From the NCBI GenBank assembly GCA_000995065.1, contig LBWX01000001.1, positions 159,563 to 223,562 of the forward strand: a stretch of DNA of 64,000 nucleotides. Reading direction: 5' to 3'. A program made the position numbers and the translations under genes. Positions 10,077 to 19,808 of this stretch are shown one piece after another. The first letter of the stretch is position 1. Every line of letters starts with the position of its first letter. The notes under the pieces are model-generated. The model made no database searches. It saw only the letters and a program-made list of their open reading frames with translations, and was not told the origin of the DNA. The DNA comes from a candidate division CPR2 bacterium GW2011_GWC2_39_35. GTDB taxonomy: Bacteria > Patescibacteriota > CPR2.

Positions 10077-11126
10077 GGTACAGGGTCTAGACATTTAGGA
10101 CACTAAAATCTAAGTTTGCTTTCTCATAGCCCTCTAAACTTTTAAGGTATTCAAGTGGTGTTTTGTTAGACAAAGATTCATGGGGTCTGTAAATATTGTA
10201 CTTAACACAGTTTTCTGTGTTCAACTTCTGTAGCTTCAATATATCACTAAAGCTATCTAGTTTTGAATACACTTCCCTTTGATCGGTTCGGTGGCTTCTC
10301 TCAACTCGTCCATTGATGTTGGGACTAGCTGGAGGGATGAGGATGTGATCAATGCCTAGCTTCTGTAATAGCTCATCTAGCGGATGAGTTCTTTTAATCT
10401 TTAGGAAGTGATTGTAGGTAAACTCCGTACCATTGTCTGTTTGGATAATCTCTGGTACAAAAGCCGGTAAAAAGAACCGCCTAGCCTTAAGAACAAAATC
10501 AACTGTGTTTAAGGGAGTGATATTGTCATAGATATATTTAAATTTAATTCTGGTAGCACAATCGATGATGGAATATTGATAGGCTTCTCTTTTTAGGTGC
10601 TTTACATCCAATTGAAGCCTTTCCCCCGGATAGTAGGGATAATCCCAATAATTTCTACTTATGCGTTTCTTCTTGGGTTTTTTCTTAATTAACCCTAGCC
10701 TATGTAGGTTGTTGTTAATCCCTCGATCAGAAACCTTGATGCCATAATCTCTCTCCAGCACAAATTGGATCTTGGCTTTGCCCCAGTTATTCTCCTGTCT
10801 TAGTTTAATAATTAGTTCAATGATATCCTCATCATAGGACCTCGGGTTTGTTAAGGGTTTTTTGCTTTTGTCGTAGAGGCTCTTTTGACTTTTACCTGAT
10901 TCAACCCATCTTTTGTGCCAGTAGTAATATGTACTTCTTTCAATACCATAATATTTACAAGCTGCTTTAGCCGATCCTAATTCCTTGGCTTTTTCAAACC
11001 AAGCGAGCCGGAGCCTAGCTCCGTAAATGGTTAATTGTTTCTGGGTCATCTTGTATCTCACTTTTAGTCCTCTCTATTGTTTAATATTCTACTAAAAGTG
11101 TCCAACATGTCTGTACCCTGTATAAT
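10077..11126 (-). mobile_element. IS481-family insertion sequence (~1050 bp) with ~28-bp imperfect terminal inverted repeats and 12-bp target-site duplication
   Basis: TIRs GGTACAGGGTCTAGACATTTAGGACACT (left) versus the reverse complement of AGTGTCCAACATGTCTGTACCCTGTATA (right). Direct repeats gaatccgattat at 10065-10076 and 11127-11138. Confidence 0.7.
10087..11061 (-). CDS. DDE transposase, IS481 family (rve integrase core)
   Basis: N-terminal HTH region, QTDNGTEF and NGRVERSHRTDQRE motifs of the rve DDE domain, 324 aa. Confidence 0.8.
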   Translation of the reverse strand: MRYKMTQKQLTIYGARLRLAWFEKAKELGSAKAACKYYGIERSTYYYWHKRWVESGKSQKSLYDKSKKPLTNPRSYDEDIIELIIKLRQENNWGKAKIQFVLERDYGIKVSDRGINNNLHRLGLIKKKPKKKRISRNYWDYPYYPGERLQLDVKHLKREAYQYSIIDCATRIKFKYIYDNITPLNTVDFVLKARRFFLPAFVPEIIQTDNGTEFTYNHFLKIKRTHPLDELLQKLGIDHILIPPASPNINGRVERSHRTDQREVYSKLDSFSDILKLQKLNTENCVKYNIYRPHESLSNKTPLEYLKSLEGYEKANLDFSVLNV

Positions 11127-11604
11127 GAATCCGATTATCTACTTGACGTTCAGAAAAGGTTTGCACTAAAGAGTTAAATGACTGTCTAGGGCTAAAGGGG
11201 AGTTCAAAAGATCTTTTCCCAGTTGCAAATTCAGTGTTCTTTGGCACACTTGCACCATTTGTAAACACGCCTGGCCTGTCTAAAACATTTGTTGTACTTG
11301 TTTCCATTGCAAACTCCTTACTATGGTTATATTCATAGTCTACTATGGGTATATCCACAGTGTCAAGGGGATAATTTGAGATCGTTTTAGTCTCGTTTAC
11401 CTGTTTCTTTAGCCCTGTTTTTAGCCTTTCCTTTCCCATGTCTTTTTCCTTTCTTTTAAAAAATGCGTGCTTTTGATACCAGACACAAATAGGTGAGGAA
11501 GCAAGCGTAGTCAAAACTGGAGCTCCCCACCGGAAGAACGAGTTTGACGACGCTTTCCTCGCCGTATAATCCAAACCCAAAAGCACTTCTTTTAGAAATT
11601 CCAA
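11092..11604 (-). pseudogene. hypothetical gene, 3' end interrupted by the IS insertion (last 11 codons and the stop come from IS/TSD sequence)
   Basis: The ORF terminates inside the IS right end. See reconstruction with 9901-10048. Confidence 0.45.
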
Positions 11605-11650
11605 GTCTTAAAGAGTGTTATTAAAACGTTATGACTATGACCAAACTTAA

Positions 11651-11679
11651 TTGAATCTTAAGCGATTTAAGAGTATAAT
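11651..11679 (+). promoter_or_regulatory. sigma70-like promoter TTGAAT-17 bp-TATAAT for the cargo operon
   Basis: Direct reading ~40 bp upstream of the first cargo ORF. Confidence 0.45.
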
Positions 11680-11720
11680 GAAGCCAAAATTAAGCAATCG
11701 TTTTGGTTTAGGAGAATATA

Positions 11721-11954
11721 ATGGAAAAAGACGAAATCCTTGTTGCCGAGTTTACTGCTCCAGAATTAATGCTTGCTTGTCAGAAAGCTAAGGCAATTGT
11801 TACTGATATGGGCGGCGTACTTTCCCATGCTGCTATAGTTAGTAGAGAGTTAAAGATCCCTTGTGTTGTAGGTACTCATACAGCCACTAAAGCTTTAAAA
11901 AATGGCAATAAAATCTTAATTGACTTAAATTCTGGAACAGTTCAAAAGATTTAA
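11721..11954 (+). CDS. stand-alone PEP-utilizing-enzyme mobile (phosphohistidine swivel) domain protein
   Basis: TDMGGVLSHAAIVSRELKIPCVVG matches the swivel-domain signature with the conserved His. 77 aa. Confidence 0.6.
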   Translation: MEKDEILVAEFTAPELMLACQKAKAIVTDMGGVLSHAAIVSRELKIPCVVGTHTATKALKNGNKILIDLNSGTVQKI

Positions 11955-12016
11955 ATTAAGTAAAATATTAAGAATCTAATCTCGAAGTTACTTCATGAAT
12001 AAAAACGAGGAATGAA

Positions 12017-12688
12017 ATGAATACAAATCCATATGCAAAAAGAATATTAATTTTCGGAGACTCAAATGTCTGGGGCGATATTCCGCTTCAAGTCGGAACT
12101 AGGCTACCTGCCAATGTTCGCTGGACAGGGGTTTTACAGAATATGCTTGGAAATGATTATGAAGTCATTGAAGAAGGTTTAATAGGCCGAACAACAAATG
12201 TTGATGATCCATTTCCAGGTTTTGAAGACAAAAACGGAAAAGATTATCTTTTTCCTTGTTTAAGGTCTCAAATTCCGCTTGATTATGTTATTTTACTTTT
12301 AGGAAGTAATGATTTTAAGAAAGTTTTTAACCGAACAGCAAAAGATGTTGCTAAAGGTATTGATGAGCTCTTAACGCTTACAGAAAAATACGCTGAAAGA
12401 GACGGGGTTAAAGCAAAAATTCTTTTAATATCTCCTACCTATATCAAACCGAAAATCGAAGAAGTAAAACCTCATTTTTCAGGCTCTCCTGAAAAATCAC
12501 TTGAGTTGGGAAAAGAATTAGAACAAGTAGCCAAAAAACATCAATGCGGATTTATTAACTTGGCAGAATTTATTGAACCAAGTGATCTTGATAGTATTCA
12601 TTTGGAACCTGAATCACATAAAATAGTGGCCCAAAAGGTTTTTGAATTTTTAAAGAAGTCGAGGAATAAGCATGAAGCTAAAAGATAA
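12017..12688 (+). CDS. SGNH/GDSL-family hydrolase
   Basis: Block I GDS motif (IFGDSNVWG) and LLGSND block. Confidence 0.65.
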   Translation: MNTNPYAKRILIFGDSNVWGDIPLQVGTRLPANVRWTGVLQNMLGNDYEVIEEGLIGRTTNVDDPFPGFEDKNGKDYLFPCLRSQIPLDYVILLLGSNDFKKVFNRTAKDVAKGIDELLTLTEKYAERDGVKAKILLISPTYIKPKIEEVKPHFSGSPEKSLELGKELEQVAKKHQCGFINLAEFIEPSDLDSIHLEPESHKIVAQKVFEFLKKSRNKHEAKR

Positions 12689-13394
12689 ATATGCAATTGT
12701 AACAGGAGCCTCGACAGGAATTGGCAGGGCTATTGCTGTCCAATTTGCCAAAGAAGGGGCTTTTGTGGCTTTGGTAGCAAGAAGAGAAGATAGGCTGAGT
12801 GAAACCAAAAGAATGATTGAAGAAAATGGCGGCAAGGCTAAAGTTTTCATTACTGATTTAAGCAACATTGAATCTGTAAATAAAATGATAGGTGAAATTA
12901 AAAGCGATACTATAAGAATAGATATTTTAGCAAACATTGCCGGTATTTGGCATGGCGAGGATGAGGTTTATGCAGATACCGATTTTGAAAAATTTAGCCA
13001 AAACGTAATTTTAGACACTTATGATGTTGGCATTACTGCTCCAACACTTTTAGCACACGCATTTATTCCTTTAATGCCTAAAAGGGGTAAAATATTAAAT
13101 TTATCTGGCACTTTTGAATCCGGAGCTAAGGGATGGCTGCCTTATTATGTTTCTAAAAAAGCTATCGAAGATTTAACTGTTGGTTTATCTCAAGAATTAA
13201 CTGACAAAGACATCCAAGTAAATTGTATTTCTCCTTCTGATACGGCAACCGAGGAATATAAAAAATACTTTCCCCAATACATTAAAGATGCCATTGAACC
13301 AGAAGAAATAGCTAAAGAAGCCGTCAGATTTTGTTCTTCTGAGAGCGATGATATTACTGGCACCATTAAAGTAATTAAAAAGATGGGGGTTTAA
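12672..13394 (+). CDS. short-chain dehydrogenase/reductase (SDR)
   Basis: TGASTGIGRAIA Rossmann motif and YYVSKKA (YxxxK) catalytic motif. Confidence 0.8.
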   Translation: MKLKDKYAIVTGASTGIGRAIAVQFAKEGAFVALVARREDRLSETKRMIEENGGKAKVFITDLSNIESVNKMIGEIKSDTIRIDILANIAGIWHGEDEVYADTDFEKFSQNVILDTYDVGITAPTLLAHAFIPLMPKRGKILNLSGTFESGAKGWLPYYVSKKAIEDLTVGLSQELTDKDIQVNCISPSDTATEEYKKYFPQYIKDAIEPEEIAKEAVRFCSSESDDITGTIKVIKKMGV

Positions 13395-13395
13395 A

Positions 13396-14793
13396 ATGAA
13401 TAAACTAATCTCAACCAATCCTGCCGATAACTACACCAAAGTTGGTGAAGTAGAAATTTCAACCGATGAAGAAATTAAGGAAAAAGTTGCTAAAGCCAAT
13501 GCAGTTAAGACTATTTGGAAAGAACTTGGCGTTGATGGAAGGGTTAAACTACTAGAGCCAATTCGTGATGAATTTAAGACTCGAACTAATGAAATTGCTG
13601 AGCTAATTAGTTTAGAAACAGGCAAAGCAATCACAGAAAGTATATCCGAAGTAACTCGTTACGCTGAGGAGTTAACTTGGTTTTTAGAAAATGGTCCCAA
13701 AGCTTTAGCAGATGAAATAACACTAGAGGATAGTGAATCCTTGCATAGAATTAAGTACGAACCTTACGGCGTAGCAGCAGCCATTGCTCCTTGGAATTTT
13801 CCATTTGGAATGATGGTTTGGGGAGTTTTTCCAAATTTAGTTGCCGGTAATACTGTAGTTTTTAAAACCTCAGAGGAATCACCACTAACGGGTAAGTTAA
13901 TTGAAGAGATAATGTTAAGCCACAATCTACCGGAAGGTGTTTTTGCCGAAGTTTACGGTGCTGGTGATGTTGGCAAGAAACTCACAGAAAGTGATATTAA
14001 CTTAATTTGGTTTACGGGTAGCACCAGAACCGGAAAAGCGTTATACAAAACAGCAGCCGAGAAGTTTATCAAAGCTGTTCTTGAAATGGGAGGCTCCAAC
14101 CCTTGCGCTGTTTTTGAGGATGTTGATGTTTCCAAAACTGCTCCTGTCATATTCAATGGACGATACCGAAATAATGGTCAGGTATGCAGTGCTCTTAAAA
14201 GACTAATTGTACATGAAAACATTGCTGATGAACTTATATCTGAGCTTAAGAAAATCATTGAAAGCCAAAAGGTAGGAAATCCTCTTGATCCGCAGACTAA
14301 TTTAGGGAGTTTAGTCGCCAAAAGACAAAAAAACCTACTTGAAGAACAACTTAAAGATGCCTTAGACAAAGGCGCTAAAATAGCTGCCCAAACTAAACTC
14401 CCCGAAGGTTTAAAAGGTGCTTTCTTTGCTCCTACCTTACTGACTGATATTACTAAAGATATGAGAGTTTGGCATGAAGAAGTCTTTGGCCCCATTTTTC
14501 CATTAGTAACATTTAAGACAGAAGAAGAAGCCATAGAATTAGCTAATGATACTATCTATGGTCTCGGGGCAAGGGTAATGTCGGCTGATAAACATCGAGC
14601 TGACAGGGTGGCATCCAAAATAGATGCCGGTTCGGTAGCAATAAATACCGAATCAAGGTTTTGTCCTTGTGATCCTTTTGGTGGCTTTAAAAATTCTGGT
14701 CTAGGGCGTGAGCGTGGGTATGCCGGTCTTCAGGAGCTATGCCAGATTAAGGTTATTCAAGCATCAAATGATACTATATATACTGAGGCATAA
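13396..14793 (+). CDS. NAD(P)-dependent aldehyde dehydrogenase
   Basis: 465 aa. FTGSTRTGK, the EMGGSNP-type Glu region and the catalytic-Cys region (GQVCSA) typical of the ALDH superfamily. Confidence 0.85.
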   Translation: MNKLISTNPADNYTKVGEVEISTDEEIKEKVAKANAVKTIWKELGVDGRVKLLEPIRDEFKTRTNEIAELISLETGKAITESISEVTRYAEELTWFLENGPKALADEITLEDSESLHRIKYEPYGVAAAIAPWNFPFGMMVWGVFPNLVAGNTVVFKTSEESPLTGKLIEEIMLSHNLPEGVFAEVYGAGDVGKKLTESDINLIWFTGSTRTGKALYKTAAEKFIKAVLEMGGSNPCAVFEDVDVSKTAPVIFNGRYRNNGQVCSALKRLIVHENIADELISELKKIIESQKVGNPLDPQTNLGSLVAKRQKNLLEEQLKDALDKGAKIAAQTKLPEGLKGAFFAPTLLTDITKDMRVWHEEVFGPIFPLVTFKTEEEAIELANDTIYGLGARVMSADKHRADRVASKIDAGSVAINTESRFCPCDPFGGFKNSGLGRERGYAGLQELCQIKVIQASNDTIYTEA

Positions 14794-14795
14794 AT

Positions 14796-15554
14796 ATGGT
14801 AAACGCATCAAAAACTATCGGAATAATTGACTTTAATCCAGATCAAAACCCTGATCGAAGGCAATATGTAAAACGGATTAGTGCTTTACTTTCTGGCAAT
14901 GTAAGTGGTGAAGGCATATTCTTTAGGGAAGTAGACGATTTAAATAAATATGATGCTCTTATTCTATCGGGCTCTAAGCTTATCTCTAAACATTATCAAG
15001 AAATGGTTAGATCAGGGCAAGGATTGGAAGGTGATTATATTTGGATTGATAGGGCAGTTCAAGAAATAGCCAATTTTAAGGGGCCAATTTTTGGTATTTG
15101 CTTTGGTTCTCAAATCTTAGCACATATATTTGGTGGTGAAATCGGAAGGTTGGATAAAACCGAGGCTGGATATTTGCTTCACGAACTAACAGATGTAGGA
15201 TTAAATGATCCTATTTTTGGAAAGTTAGGTAAAACTTTCTGGGCTTCCCATTACCATATTAACTATGTCAAAACTTTACCTGATAATCCAAATTTAGCGT
15301 CAGATGTTCTTGCAACCAGAAATGGATATATCCATGCCTTTCGAATAAAAACTGCTTCTGGCGTAACTCACTATGGAACCCAACCCCATCCAGAAATGTC
15401 TAACCCAAAAGATGCTGTTTTCCTTGTCGAGGTAAATAAGGAACGGCTAATTGAAGATATTGGCGTTGAGGAATGTAATAAAGCTTTAGAAATTCCAAGT
15501 AATGCTAGTTTTGAATTTCAGAATGTAATTAAAGAGTTTGTAAAAAGAATATAA
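14796..15554 (+). CDS. class I glutamine amidotransferase-like protein
   Basis: GICFGSQ nucleophile-elbow Cys and downstream HPE consistent with the Cys-His-Glu triad. Confidence 0.65.
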   Translation: MVNASKTIGIIDFNPDQNPDRRQYVKRISALLSGNVSGEGIFFREVDDLNKYDALILSGSKLISKHYQEMVRSGQGLEGDYIWIDRAVQEIANFKGPIFGICFGSQILAHIFGGEIGRLDKTEAGYLLHELTDVGLNDPIFGKLGKTFWASHYHINYVKTLPDNPNLASDVLATRNGYIHAFRIKTASGVTHYGTQPHPEMSNPKDAVFLVEVNKERLIEDIGVEECNKALEIPSNASFEFQNVIKEFVKRI

Positions 15555-15563
15555 AGGAATAAT

Positions 15564-16151
15564 ATGGACGAAACACAAAGAATAATCGATTTTATACACT
15601 ATGCAGAGAAGCTGAAAACAGAACTAAGAAAAGCTTTTAAAAGTGATGAGAGCCGAGAAAGTGTAGCTGAACACACTTGGCGAGTTTCTTTAATGCTACT
15701 TTTGATAGTGCCTAAACTAAAAATAGAGGTTGATTTTCTAAAGATTCTTAAGATGGCGATTATTCATGACTTAGCTGAAATTGAAGCAAAGGATGTGCCA
15801 GTATTAGAATCTATAAACAACCATGAAAGGCTAAGCATAAAAGAAGAACAAGAGTTGGCAGCAATGAATAATATTAGAGCAATGCCGGGAGCTGATGGAC
15901 AAGAAATTTATGATCTATGGTCAGAGTATGAGGAACAAAAAACCAATGAAGCCAGGGCTTTAAAAGCTATTGATAGACTTGAAGGGCAGTTTCAATTCTT
16001 GAGCGAAAATGTAACTACTTTTACCGAACAAGACCAAGAAGCAATTAAGAAATTATTAGAAGAAACTACCAAACTATCTAAAATTGATCCATTTATCACT
16101 AGGCTAGACGAATTAACAATGGAAGATAGGCAAAATAGGATTAAATTCTAA
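15564..16151 (+). CDS. HD-domain phosphohydrolase, YfbR-like 5'-deoxynucleotidase family
   Basis: ESVAEHTWRVSLM ... IIHDLAEIEAKD HD motifs. Confidence 0.7.
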   Translation: MDETQRIIDFIHYAEKLKTELRKAFKSDESRESVAEHTWRVSLMLLLIVPKLKIEVDFLKILKMAIIHDLAEIEAKDVPVLESINNHERLSIKEEQELAAMNNIRAMPGADGQEIYDLWSEYEEQKTNEARALKAIDRLEGQFQFLSENVTTFTEQDQEAIKKLLEETTKLSKIDPFITRLDELTMEDRQNRIKF

Positions 16152-16153
16152 GA

Positions 16154-16903
16154 GTGGTAACGATGAAAGATGAAATTTCAACAAAAAAAGCTCTTGGCAT
16201 TTTGGCAAAAACTTTGCCACAAATTATTTATACTACTATTCTTGGCCTTACCCAAGTCAACCCTGTATGGTCAATTCTTTTTTACACCGGATTAGGAATG
16301 GTTAATGCCTGGGGATCCTTCGGCCAGGTTAGAATCAATGAGTTAGTTACATTTATAGATAAACATAGAGATCAGTTCCTTCCAGATATTATTAAGAGTG
16401 AGAAATTTAAATCTATCTTTCTAAATATCTTAGATGCTTATTTTAAAGAAACATTAGAAGAAAAAAGAAAGTTGCTAAGAAATTATTTATTAAATGTCGG
16501 AAAAGGTATAGAGAAAGACTTTGATTATCATACAAAATTAATGACCGTTTTGAATCAGATCACGTTTGATGAGCTTAAGGTTATCTCAATTTGGAACGGT
16601 AAATTGCAGGATAAGTTTGTTGAGAAAAATTCAGAAATTGGCTACACAAGGGATAATATTGAAGAAAAAATGACAAATCTTAATGCGGGACAAATCGCAT
16701 GGGCGTTAGGAAGAGAGGAAAAAGGTCAAAAAATTATGAGAAATATCAATTTTCTTGTGAAATCACTGGGTAATTACGGACTTTTAGATGTGAGAGAGTC
16801 TACACCAGTTATATTTGACAGTGAAAATAATAACTCTACTGTTGTTGTAGATGGAATAAGTGATTTCGGTAAAGCATTCCTAGGCTTTTTAAAGGAGGAC
16901 TAA
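16154..16903 (+). CDS. hypothetical protein
   Basis: 249-aa ORF in the operon. No recognisable motif. Confidence 0.4.
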   Translation: MVTMKDEISTKKALGILAKTLPQIIYTTILGLTQVNPVWSILFYTGLGMVNAWGSFGQVRINELVTFIDKHRDQFLPDIIKSEKFKSIFLNILDAYFKETLEEKRKLLRNYLLNVGKGIEKDFDYHTKLMTVLNQITFDELKVISIWNGKLQDKFVEKNSEIGYTRDNIEEKMTNLNAGQIAWALGREEKGQKIMRNINFLVKSLGNYGLLDVRESTPVIFDSENNNSTVVVDGISDFGKAFLGFLKED

Positions 16904-17263
16904 ATGGCAGAGATCGGAACAATTCAAAGATTTAGAGCTTCTCATGGGAAAGATAACCATGAGCATGATTTTAAAGTTGTAGTGGTTCTAGGTGGGCCAA
17001 TCGATAACGATACAGGGTATGTTTCTGGTGTTGATCATCATGACCTTATTGATAAATTAAAACAAATTCTGGGAAAGCTTGAGGATCAGAATTTAAATCA
17101 AATCCTCAAGGATGATGGTTCAAAATCCTCTGGTATGGAATCTATTGCTACTTATGTTCTTAAAAGATTGTTACCCGATTTACCCTCTTTAAAACTGGTA
17201 AAAGTTTGGGAAACAGATGATAGATATGCAATTATCTATCCAGGGGATATTGGAAATGTCTAA
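16904..17263 (+). CDS. 6-pyruvoyl-tetrahydropterin synthase / QueD-like fold protein
   Basis: His-containing N-terminal segment (HGKDNHEHDFKVVV), TGYVSGVDHHDLID, and ESIATYVLKRL...VKVWETDDRYAIIY resembling the PTPS C-terminal signature. 119 aa. Confidence 0.5.
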   Translation: MAEIGTIQRFRASHGKDNHEHDFKVVVVLGGPIDNDTGYVSGVDHHDLIDKLKQILGKLEDQNLNQILKDDGSKSSGMESIATYVLKRLLPDLPSLKLVKVWETDDRYAIIYPGDIGNV

Positions 17264-17705
17264 TCAAACTAAAAAGCAAACATCAATCATAATTGGATTA
17301 AAGGATAACAAAGTTCTCTTGGGTATGAAAAAGAGAGGTTTTGGCGAAGGTTATTGGAATGGTTTTGGCGGTAAAAGAAACAAAAGTGAAACCATGACCG
17401 AAGCTGCTCTTAGGGAAATTGAAGAAGAAGCAGGAATTATTCCCACCGACTTAAAAGAAGTTGGAATAATTGAATTTGATACTTTTACGACTCATATTTA
17501 TACCTTTTCCAACTATGAGGGAAAATTAACCGAATCCGAAGAAATGAAACCAAAGTGGTTTAATAATAATAGTCTCCCTTATGACAAAATGTGGGAAGGC
17601 GATAATATTTGGTTTCCCTTAGTTTTAGATGGCAAATGTTTTGATGCCGAATTTATATTTGAAGGTAAAAATTTAACCGAATGTCATATAAAGGTTAGGA
17701 AATAG
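17256..17705 (+). CDS. Nudix hydrolase, MTH1/NUDT1-like (oxidised purine dNTP pyrophosphatase type)
   Basis: Nudix box GGKRNKSETMTEAALREIEEEAGI. Overall resemblance to MTH1 (LGMKKRGFGEGYWNGFGG ... MKPKWF ... MWEGDNIWFPL). ATG overlaps the upstream stop (ATGTCTAA). Confidence 0.75.
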   Translation: MSNQTKKQTSIIIGLKDNKVLLGMKKRGFGEGYWNGFGGKRNKSETMTEAALREIEEEAGIIPTDLKEVGIIEFDTFTTHIYTFSNYEGKLTESEEMKPKWFNNNSLPYDKMWEGDNIWFPLVLDGKCFDAEFIFEGKNLTECHIKVRK

Positions 17706-17848
17706 AGATTGAACACAAATATTGTTCTAAATGACTTTAAATAAATCCTAAAGTTAGCATCAATTTTGACAGCCATAGATTATGGTCCGATAAAAAAGTT
17801 ACCCTTTTTTAAAAAGATAAGTTAAAATTAAGTGGTTTGGAGAACTAA

Positions 17849-18220
17849 ATGAAGTACAAATACACGGCTCAAGAAGCCAAACATATCAATAAATATGGTG
17901 CCGATTTAACTGTTTTCGGCCAAGTTGCGCCAACTGCAAGTATTGTTCGTATTTCGGTTGAAGAAGGGCATTTTGAAGAGTTTAAGCATGATGAAAGCAC
18001 TTTTATTTACTATGTTATCAAGGGTAATGGCATCTTTGTTCTTAATGATGAACAAGTGGAGGTTAAGGCTACGGACTTGATAGCAATCCCACCAAAAACC
18101 CGAATTCATTATTTTGGAAAAATGGAAATGCTGCTTGTGGTAACTCCTGCCTTTGACCCAAACAAAGAAGGCCACGTTCGGATGATCGGCAAAGAAGAAA
18201 ATCCATTAAAAAGAAGATAG
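17849..18220 (+). CDS. cupin-like small protein
   Basis: 123 aa. Beta-rich composition with a conserved His/Glu spacing. Weak call. Confidence 0.35.
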   Translation: MKYKYTAQEAKHINKYGADLTVFGQVAPTASIVRISVEEGHFEEFKHDESTFIYYVIKGNGIFVLNDEQVEVKATDLIAIPPKTRIHYFGKMEMLLVVTPAFDPNKEGHVRMIGKEENPLKRR

Positions 18221-18313
18221 TGCCCATTTTAACCCGAGCATCTTGTTCTAAGAAGTATAATTCGCTATTTTTGTTTTTATCGCTTAAAATAAAATTGATT
18301 AAGATTAGGATAT

Positions 18314-18835
18314 ATGAAATTTGTCGATACTAACCTCAAAGTACCTTTGGTACTGAAAACAGAAAGCTTTACTCTTAGGCCGTTGTCTCCGAAATATACA
18401 GAAATGGATTATAAGGCTATTATGTCTAACTTGGAACATCTGCAGGGCACCTTTGGTCCTTCCATAAAATGGCCGACAGCCGATCTTACGTTAGAAGAAA
18501 ACCAGTATGACTTGGAATTTCATCATGACCTTTTTATGAAGAGAGAAGAGTTTAGTTATATTGTTCTTGATCCGAAAGAGAAGTATTCAAAAGGTTGTGT
18601 GTACTTAGTTCCTTTGCTGCATCCGGATTATGACGTTTTAGTTTATTCTTGGGTTACCGCCAAAGAGGCAAAAAAGAATTTTCATCCTGTTCTAATTAAA
18701 ACTATTAAAGAGTGGTTACAAACATCCTGGCCGTTTAAAAAACCAGTTTTCCCCGGAATAACCATCTCTTGGGATGAATGGGATAAATGTCTGGGAGCAA
18801 ATGCAAATAATCCTACTCTCAAAACCCAAAATTAG
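18314..18835 (+). CDS. hypothetical protein (possible GNAT-like fold)
   Basis: 173-aa ORF. Weak resemblance only. Confidence 0.3.
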   Translation: MKFVDTNLKVPLVLKTESFTLRPLSPKYTEMDYKAIMSNLEHLQGTFGPSIKWPTADLTLEENQYDLEFHHDLFMKREEFSYIVLDPKEKYSKGCVYLVPLLHPDYDVLVYSWVTAKEAKKNFHPVLIKTIKEWLQTSWPFKKPVFPGITISWDEWDKCLGANANNPTLKTQN

Positions 18836-18941
18836 CAAAACCTAATTTTAATAAGAAATTACTCTAACTAGAAAACCAAGTGGTTTCGGACATTCTTTTC
18901 ATAAGTCTACTAATGCTATTATCCTGTTATTTAGTAGTGAA

Positions 18942-19190
18942 ATGTGGTATATTATCAGCAATATGACAAACGATAATAATGAGACAATCCGAAAAGAATT
19001 GGGTGAGAAAATAAAAAAGGCTAGAGAAAAAGCCGGACTAACCCAATCAGAAGTAGCTGCTGCCGCAGATATTAATGTTAGTTATTATGCTCAAATCGAA
19101 AGGGGGGAAGTAAACCCCTCATTTGAAAAACTTCACAGTATTACAAAAGTCCTTAAATTAAAGTCGTTTGATATTCTTAAAAAGAGTTGA
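18942..19190 (+). CDS. XRE-family helix-turn-helix transcriptional regulator
   Basis: LTQSEVAAAADINVSYYAQIERGE HTH_3 signature. The true start may be the internal ATG at 18963. Confidence 0.7.
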   Translation: MWYIISNMTNDNNETIRKELGEKIKKAREKAGLTQSEVAAAADINVSYYAQIERGEVNPSFEKLHSITKVLKLKSFDILKKS

Positions 19191-19191
19191 T

Positions 19192-19704
19192 ATGATTTGC
19201 AATAATGTTAACAATATTAGTTTTATTGGTATGGCTGGAGTCGGTAAAAGTTATTTCAGTAATAAGCTAATTAACTTCGGATATGAACACATTAAAGTAG
19301 ATGAACTTATTACCAATTTAGCCAACCTGAAGGGTGTCAACAAAGAAACGATTTCTGACAGTGAGTTTATAAAACTCGAGGAGCAAGCCATTCTTAACTT
19401 AAAAGAAGTATCCGAATCGGCAATTGATACCGGAGGCAGTGTTATATACTCTAATGAGGCTATGGAGTTACTTAAAGAAATTTCAGTTGTAGTATATCTT
19501 AAAGATTCCTTGGAAAACATTAAAAAGAGATTTGATGTCAGAGGCGAACCTCATTTGATCGGAATTGAAGGCAAGACCTTCGAAGAATTATTTCAAGAAA
19601 GATCTGAACAATACCAAAAATATGCAGACGTTATAATAGATGTTACAAAGATAAGCGATATTGAAGAAATTCTTTCAATAATCGGATCAAAGTCCCAAAA
19701 ATAG
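19192..19704 (+). CDS. P-loop kinase, shikimate-kinase-like fold
   Basis: Walker A GMAGVGKS. Overall collinearity with the AroK family (VDEL..., DTGGSVIYS, LID-like region). The track ORF starts at 19168, overlapping the regulator. Confidence 0.5.
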   Translation: MICNNVNNISFIGMAGVGKSYFSNKLINFGYEHIKVDELITNLANLKGVNKETISDSEFIKLEEQAILNLKEVSESAIDTGGSVIYSNEAMELLKEISVVVYLKDSLENIKKRFDVRGEPHLIGIEGKTFEELFQERSEQYQKYADVIIDVTKISDIEEILSIIGSKSQK

Positions 19705-19808
19705 AAATTCCACAGCTGCAACCACTAACTATGTAACTTCCTTAAAAGCTCTCATTATCCTATCAACCCACTCTAAAAAGAGTTCGAAAGAAAGTGCATC
19801 CAGGCAGC

